Source: Microcoleaceae cyanobacterium
GTDB lineage: Bacteria > Cyanobacteriota > Cyanobacteriia > Cyanobacteriales > Microcoleaceae
Direction: 5' to 3'
DNA: 28,842 nt
Assembly: GCA_051652765.1 (NCBI GenBank)
Contig: JBOFUV010000015.1
Location: 1-28,842 of the forward strand
Each line of letters opens with the position of its first letter. Position 1 is the stretch's first letter. The translations under genes and the position numbers were made by a program. The notes beneath the pieces were generated by a model that saw nothing but the letters and a program-made list of their open reading frames with translations, was not told the origin of the DNA and did not search any database. Shown piece by piece: positions 25,330-28,842 of the stretch.

Positions 25330-28300
25330 ATGGCTAATAGTATTTTGCAGGAGTTTACAGAGCAGTATATTCACAGTCTGGAGACCTACCTCCTAACCTC
25401 TAATCGCAAGATTTTGGAGGAATACTGCGCCAACACAGTGCCAATATCAGAGATGAGCATCTCTGACCTCTTTGCCGTTCATAAGCAAGCGTTGAAATAT
25501 TGTTTGCAAGCCCATTCTAGCCTCAGAGAATGTCCTGAAGCCCCAGTGAATGCTGTTGGTTTTCTGGAGCGATGTTTACAGCCTTTAGAACAGAAGTTAG
25601 AGCATCAGTACCAACAGATTGAAGCAACCTCAAAACAACATAAAGCGGAATTGACAGGCTTGTTTGAGGCGATGAGCAATGTTGTTCTGATTTTAGATGG
25701 GGAGGGTCGTTATCTCAAGTTGCCTCCGACCAACCCTAATCTGTTGTACAAGCCTAGGGCTGAACTGATCGGCAAGACCATTTATGAAGTATTCCCCCTT
25801 CAACAAGCCGAGTGTTATATGGGCTTAATCCAACAAGCACTACACACCCAACAACCCATTACGACAGAATATCAACTGAATATTCAAGGACAAGAGACCT
25901 GGTTCTCGGCAAAGATTGCTCCCCTCTCAGACAGCACCGTAATCTGGGTCGCCGATGACATCACAGGCCGCAAACACACTGAAGCAGCCCTGAAACAAAG
26001 TGAAGAACGCTATCGCACCCTCGTGAATAATATCCCAGGTATGGTCTTTCGCTGTGCCAACGAACCCACTTGGCCTGTAGAATTCTTGAGCGATCGCTGT
26101 GAGCAACTCACAGGCTACCCTGCTGCTGATTTTTTAGAGGGTCGGCGCACACTGGATCAATCCATCCATCCGGACGATCGAGACGTTGTTTATCAAAGGA
26201 TTCAAGCTCAACTGACAGAGCAAGCATCATACTTTGTGGAGTACCGCTTTCTGAGACCCGATGGCAGCATTTGTTGGGTTCAGGAATACGGTCAAGCCAA
26301 ACTGTCCTCAACAGGCCAAGTCTTGTGGCTAGATGGCGTAGTCATCGACACGACTGAGCGCAAGTGTCTCGAACTTGCCCTGAAAGCCTCAGAAACCAAG
26401 CTCAACGACATTCTCAATACCGCGATCGCCGCGATCACCAGTATTAAGGTTAATCCCGACCGACAGTTTGAACATCTCTATCTTTCCGCTGGATGTGCAG
26501 CTATTTTCGGCTATTCCCCAGAGGATCTACTAGAAGATCAGGAGAAGTGGTTCTCTCGAGTCCCTCAGGAAGACCTAGAACAGATCATTCTGCCTTCATT
26601 TGATCAAATTTATGCTGAAGCAATCTACAGCCTAGAATACCGCTTTCGCCATAAGAATGGGAGCCTCCGCTGGATTTCAGGCAACTACAAATCGAGTTGG
26701 GACGAAGCCCGGAACAGTTGGATTGTCGTTGGAGTCAACTTTGATGTTACCCAACGGAAACAGGCCGAGATGGCGTTGCAAGAAACCCAACTATTTCTGC
26801 AACTGGTAATGGACATGATGCCCCAGACGATTTTTTGGAAGGATTGCAACTCTCTCTACCTGGGGTGTAATCAAAGTCTGGCTCAGATTGCTGGGTTTGA
26901 CTCTCCAGAACAGATGATTGGCAAAACGGACTTTGACATGCCCTGGACAAAAATCGAAGCTGATTGGTATCGAGCCTGCGATCGCGAGGTTATAGACTCC
27001 AAAGTCCCAAAATTGGGAATTATTGAAACTCAACTGCGAGCCGACGGGAAACAAACCTGGCTGGAAACCAACAAAGTTCCCTTGCAAGATACCCAGGGCA
27101 ACGTCATTGGTATTTTAGGGACGTTTCAAGATATTACTGACCGCAAGCGATCTGAAGCCACTCTTCAAGAGCAAGAACAGTTTCTCCGCAGCATTTATGA
27201 AGGGGTGAACCAGTCTATTTTTGTCGTGGATGTTTTAGAATCTGGAGAATTTCGATACGTGGGCCTCAATCCAGCCTATGAGCAAATGACAGGACTGACA
27301 ACGGCTGAAGTACAGGGAAAACCCCCAAGGGACGTTCTGCCGCCAGAGGTCGCGGCTGAAGTTCAACGCCGCTATCAGAGTTGTGTTGATGCTGGCAAGA
27401 AGATGACCTACGAAGAGCACTTATCGTTTCAGGGACAGAAAATTTGGTGGCTCTCGAACTTGACTCCCCTCCGCAATGACCAAGGTCAAATCTACCGTTT
27501 AGTTGGCAGTTGTACGGACATTACCCAACGCAAACAGGTTGAGGCTGCCTTGCAAGAGTTTAACCAAGAGCTGGAACTAAGGGTACAGGCTAGAACCCAG
27601 GAATTAGAAAACTCGCAAGCCTTGCTCTACAAACAAAAACAGGAGTTTCGTACCCTCGCGGAAAACTCTCCAAACCCAATTTTGCGGCTCGATAAGGCGT
27701 TCCGTTTCCTCTATGTCAATCCAATCGCAGCCGCTATTGCCGGAATTCCAACTCACGAATTTATCGGTAAAACTAGCCAAGAACTGGGCTATCCCGAGGC
27801 GCTGGCGCAGCAATGGGAGGCGGGAATGCAAGCAGCAAGAGTTCTGGGTCAAGAACAATCAATCGAGTTCAGCATGACCCTGCATCAAGGACTGCGCTAC
27901 TATCAATCCCGAATTTCTCCTGAGTTTGCCCCCGATGGTACCGTCGAGTCTTTTTTAGTGATACTCAGTGATATTACTGAACGCAAAGAAACAGAAATCC
28001 TTCTGCGGCAACAAGCTCAAGCCAAAGAACTCTTGGCGGTGATCGCCCAGACCATTAACCAATCCTTTCAACTAAAGGAGGTTCTCACCCAGTCTCTAGA
28101 GCAAATTCGCCAGTTTCTGAAAACGGATCGGATTGTGGTCTATCGCTTTAATTCAGATGGCAGTGGCATCATTGAGTTAGAAGCTTTATTTGAACCCAGG
28201 TTGGCATTATTGGGACAAGTGATTACAGATCCTTGCTTTGATAAAGACTGGATAGACCAGTACAAGCAGGGCTACATCTCGGTCTTGCCTGATACTCAAG

Positions 28301-28842
28301 CAGCAGGTGTGACCCCTTGCCATGCCGAACTCTTGGCTCGATTGCAAGTCCGGGCAAATCTGGCTGTGCCCATTTTACGGGCTGGAGAAATCTGGGGACT
28401 GCTAATTGCCCATCAGTGTGATGGGCCTCGCCACTGGCAGAGTTTTGAAGTTGAATTGCTCAAACAATTGGGATTACAAATTGGCATCGCTAGTCAGAAA
28501 GCCGATCTCTATCTTCAACTTGAAACAGAACTGGCTGAACGGTGTCGAGCTGAACAAGCCCTAGAACAACAGGTTCAGCGAGAACGCTTGCTCAGAACGG
28601 TTTCCCAACAAATTCGGCAATCCCTGAAGCTAGAAGATATCTTAAACACAACCGTTGCAGAGGTACAACGGGTTTTACAGGCTGATCGAGCCTTGATCTT
28701 CCAACTGAATTCTGATCGATCGGGTGTAGTGATCCAAGAGGCTAGGTCGCCTCAATGTTTCACCACCGCAGAACTATTTCTGACTGACGAACACTTTCCG
28801 GCCAAAAGTTATGAGTTTTACCTCCAGGGACAAGCCCGAGCG
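25330..28842 (+). CDS. Large multi-sensor signalling protein: RsbU_N-like domain, 6 PAS/PAC, DXCF cyanobacteriochrome GAF, second GAF (runs off the right edge, output domain unseen)
   Basis: Uninterrupted frame from ATG 25330 (in-frame GTG 25309 after AGAGGAGG is an alternative start) to the window end. Six PAS-PAC units end in DITGRK, DTTERK, DVTQRK, DITDRK, DITQRK and DITERK. GAF1 has TDRIVVYRF, DPCF, PCHAELL, VRANLAVPI, WGLLIAHQC. GAF2 begins ADRALIFQL. Not in the ORF track. Confidence 0.92.
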   Translation, partial: MANSILQEFTEQYIHSLETYLLTSNRKILEEYCANTVPISEMSISDLFAVHKQALKYCLQAHSSLRECPEAPVNAVGFLERCLQPLEQKLEHQYQQIEATSKQHKAELTGLFEAMSNVVLILDGEGRYLKLPPTNPNLLYKPRAELIGKTIYEVFPLQQAECYMGLIQQALHTQQPITTEYQLNIQGQETWFSAKIAPLSDSTVIWVADDITGRKHTEAALKQSEERYRTLVNNIPGMVFRCANEPTWPVEFLSDRCEQLTGYPAADFLEGRRTLDQSIHPDDRDVVYQRIQAQLTEQASYFVEYRFLRPDGSICWVQEYGQAKLSSTGQVLWLDGVVIDTTERKCLELALKASETKLNDILNTAIAAITSIKVNPDRQFEHLYLSAGCAAIFGYSPEDLLEDQEKWFSRVPQEDLEQIILPSFDQIYAEAIYSLEYRFRHKNGSLRWISGNYKSSWDEARNSWIVVGVNFDVTQRKQAEMALQETQLFLQLVMDMMPQTIFWKDCNSLYLGCNQSLAQIAGFDSPEQMIGKTDFDMPWTKIEADWYRACDREVIDSKVPKLGIIETQLRADGKQTWLETNKVPLQDTQGNVIGILGTFQDITDRKRSEATLQEQEQFLRSIYEGVNQSIFVVDVLESGEFRYVGLNPAYEQMTGLTTAEVQGKPPRDVLPPEVAAEVQRRYQSCVDAGKKMTYEEHLSFQGQKIWWLSNLTPLRNDQGQIYRLVGSCTDITQRKQVEAALQEFNQELELRVQARTQELENSQALLYKQKQEFRTLAENSPNPILRLDKAFRFLYVNPIAAAIAGIPTHEFIGKTSQELGYPEALAQQWEAGMQAARVLGQEQSIEFSMTLHQGLRYYQSRISPEFAPDGTVESFLVILSDITERKETEILLRQQAQAKELLAVIAQTINQSFQLKEVLTQSLEQIRQFLKTDRIVVYRFNSDGSGIIELEALFEPRLALLGQVITDPCFDKDWIDQYKQGYISVLPDTQAAGVTPCHAELLARLQVRANLAVPILRAGEIWGLLIAHQCDGPRHWQSFEVELLKQLGLQIGIASQKADLYLQLETELAERCRAEQALEQQVQRERLLRTVSQQIRQSLKLEDILNTTVAEVQRVLQADRALIFQLNSDRSGVVIQEARSPQCFTTAELFLTDEHFPAKSYEFYLQGQARA

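Larger units (their letters stand above)
2639..26985. repeat. HIP1 octamer GCGATCGC dispersed through the window (about 20 copies)
   Basis: Seen for example at 2639, 5010, 6914, 7945, 8299, 9559, 10472, 10598, 10918, 16388, 16882, 17391, 20291, 20365, 21552, 23274, 23757, 23886, 26090, 26422 and 26978. Confidence 0.9.

Noticed and set aside
26108..27858. Five minus-strand ORFs listed in the track
   Set aside because: They lie antisense to the real, uninterrupted plus-strand PAS/GAF gene starting at about 25330.

Overview
A cyanobacterial chromosome segment, recognisable by about 20 HIP1 GCGATCGC sites and by cyanobacteria-specific genes such as ndhQ, ntcB/cnaT, hik2 and DUF2605/DUF2973/DUF751. 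It is mostly core genome. In order: the 5' part of thrS, DUF2605, DUF2973, a 1200-aa PstS-like/TM/acidic-linker/DUF4912 fusion, a DICT-GAF histidine kinase (Hik2 type), a nirB-ntcB-cnaT nitrate-regulation cassette with a canonical NtcA promoter, a divergent RNA polymerase omega subunit, a PNPOx-like flavoprotein, an atypical transketolase-like ThDP enzyme, glcD, DUF751, a TPR protein, a conserved hypothetical, a DUF39 homocysteine-biosynthesis enzyme and ndhQ (missed by the ORF track). A more accessory-looking right end follows: two related secreted 4-Cys proteins flanking ydcF and a cyclophilin-RTX fusion, then a large truncated sensor (RsbU_N-like, 6 PAS, DXCF cyanobacteriochrome GAF, second GAF) that is also absent from the ORF track. 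I saw no CRISPR array, transposase, tRNA or rRNA. All family assignments come from motif recognition by eye, with no database search.
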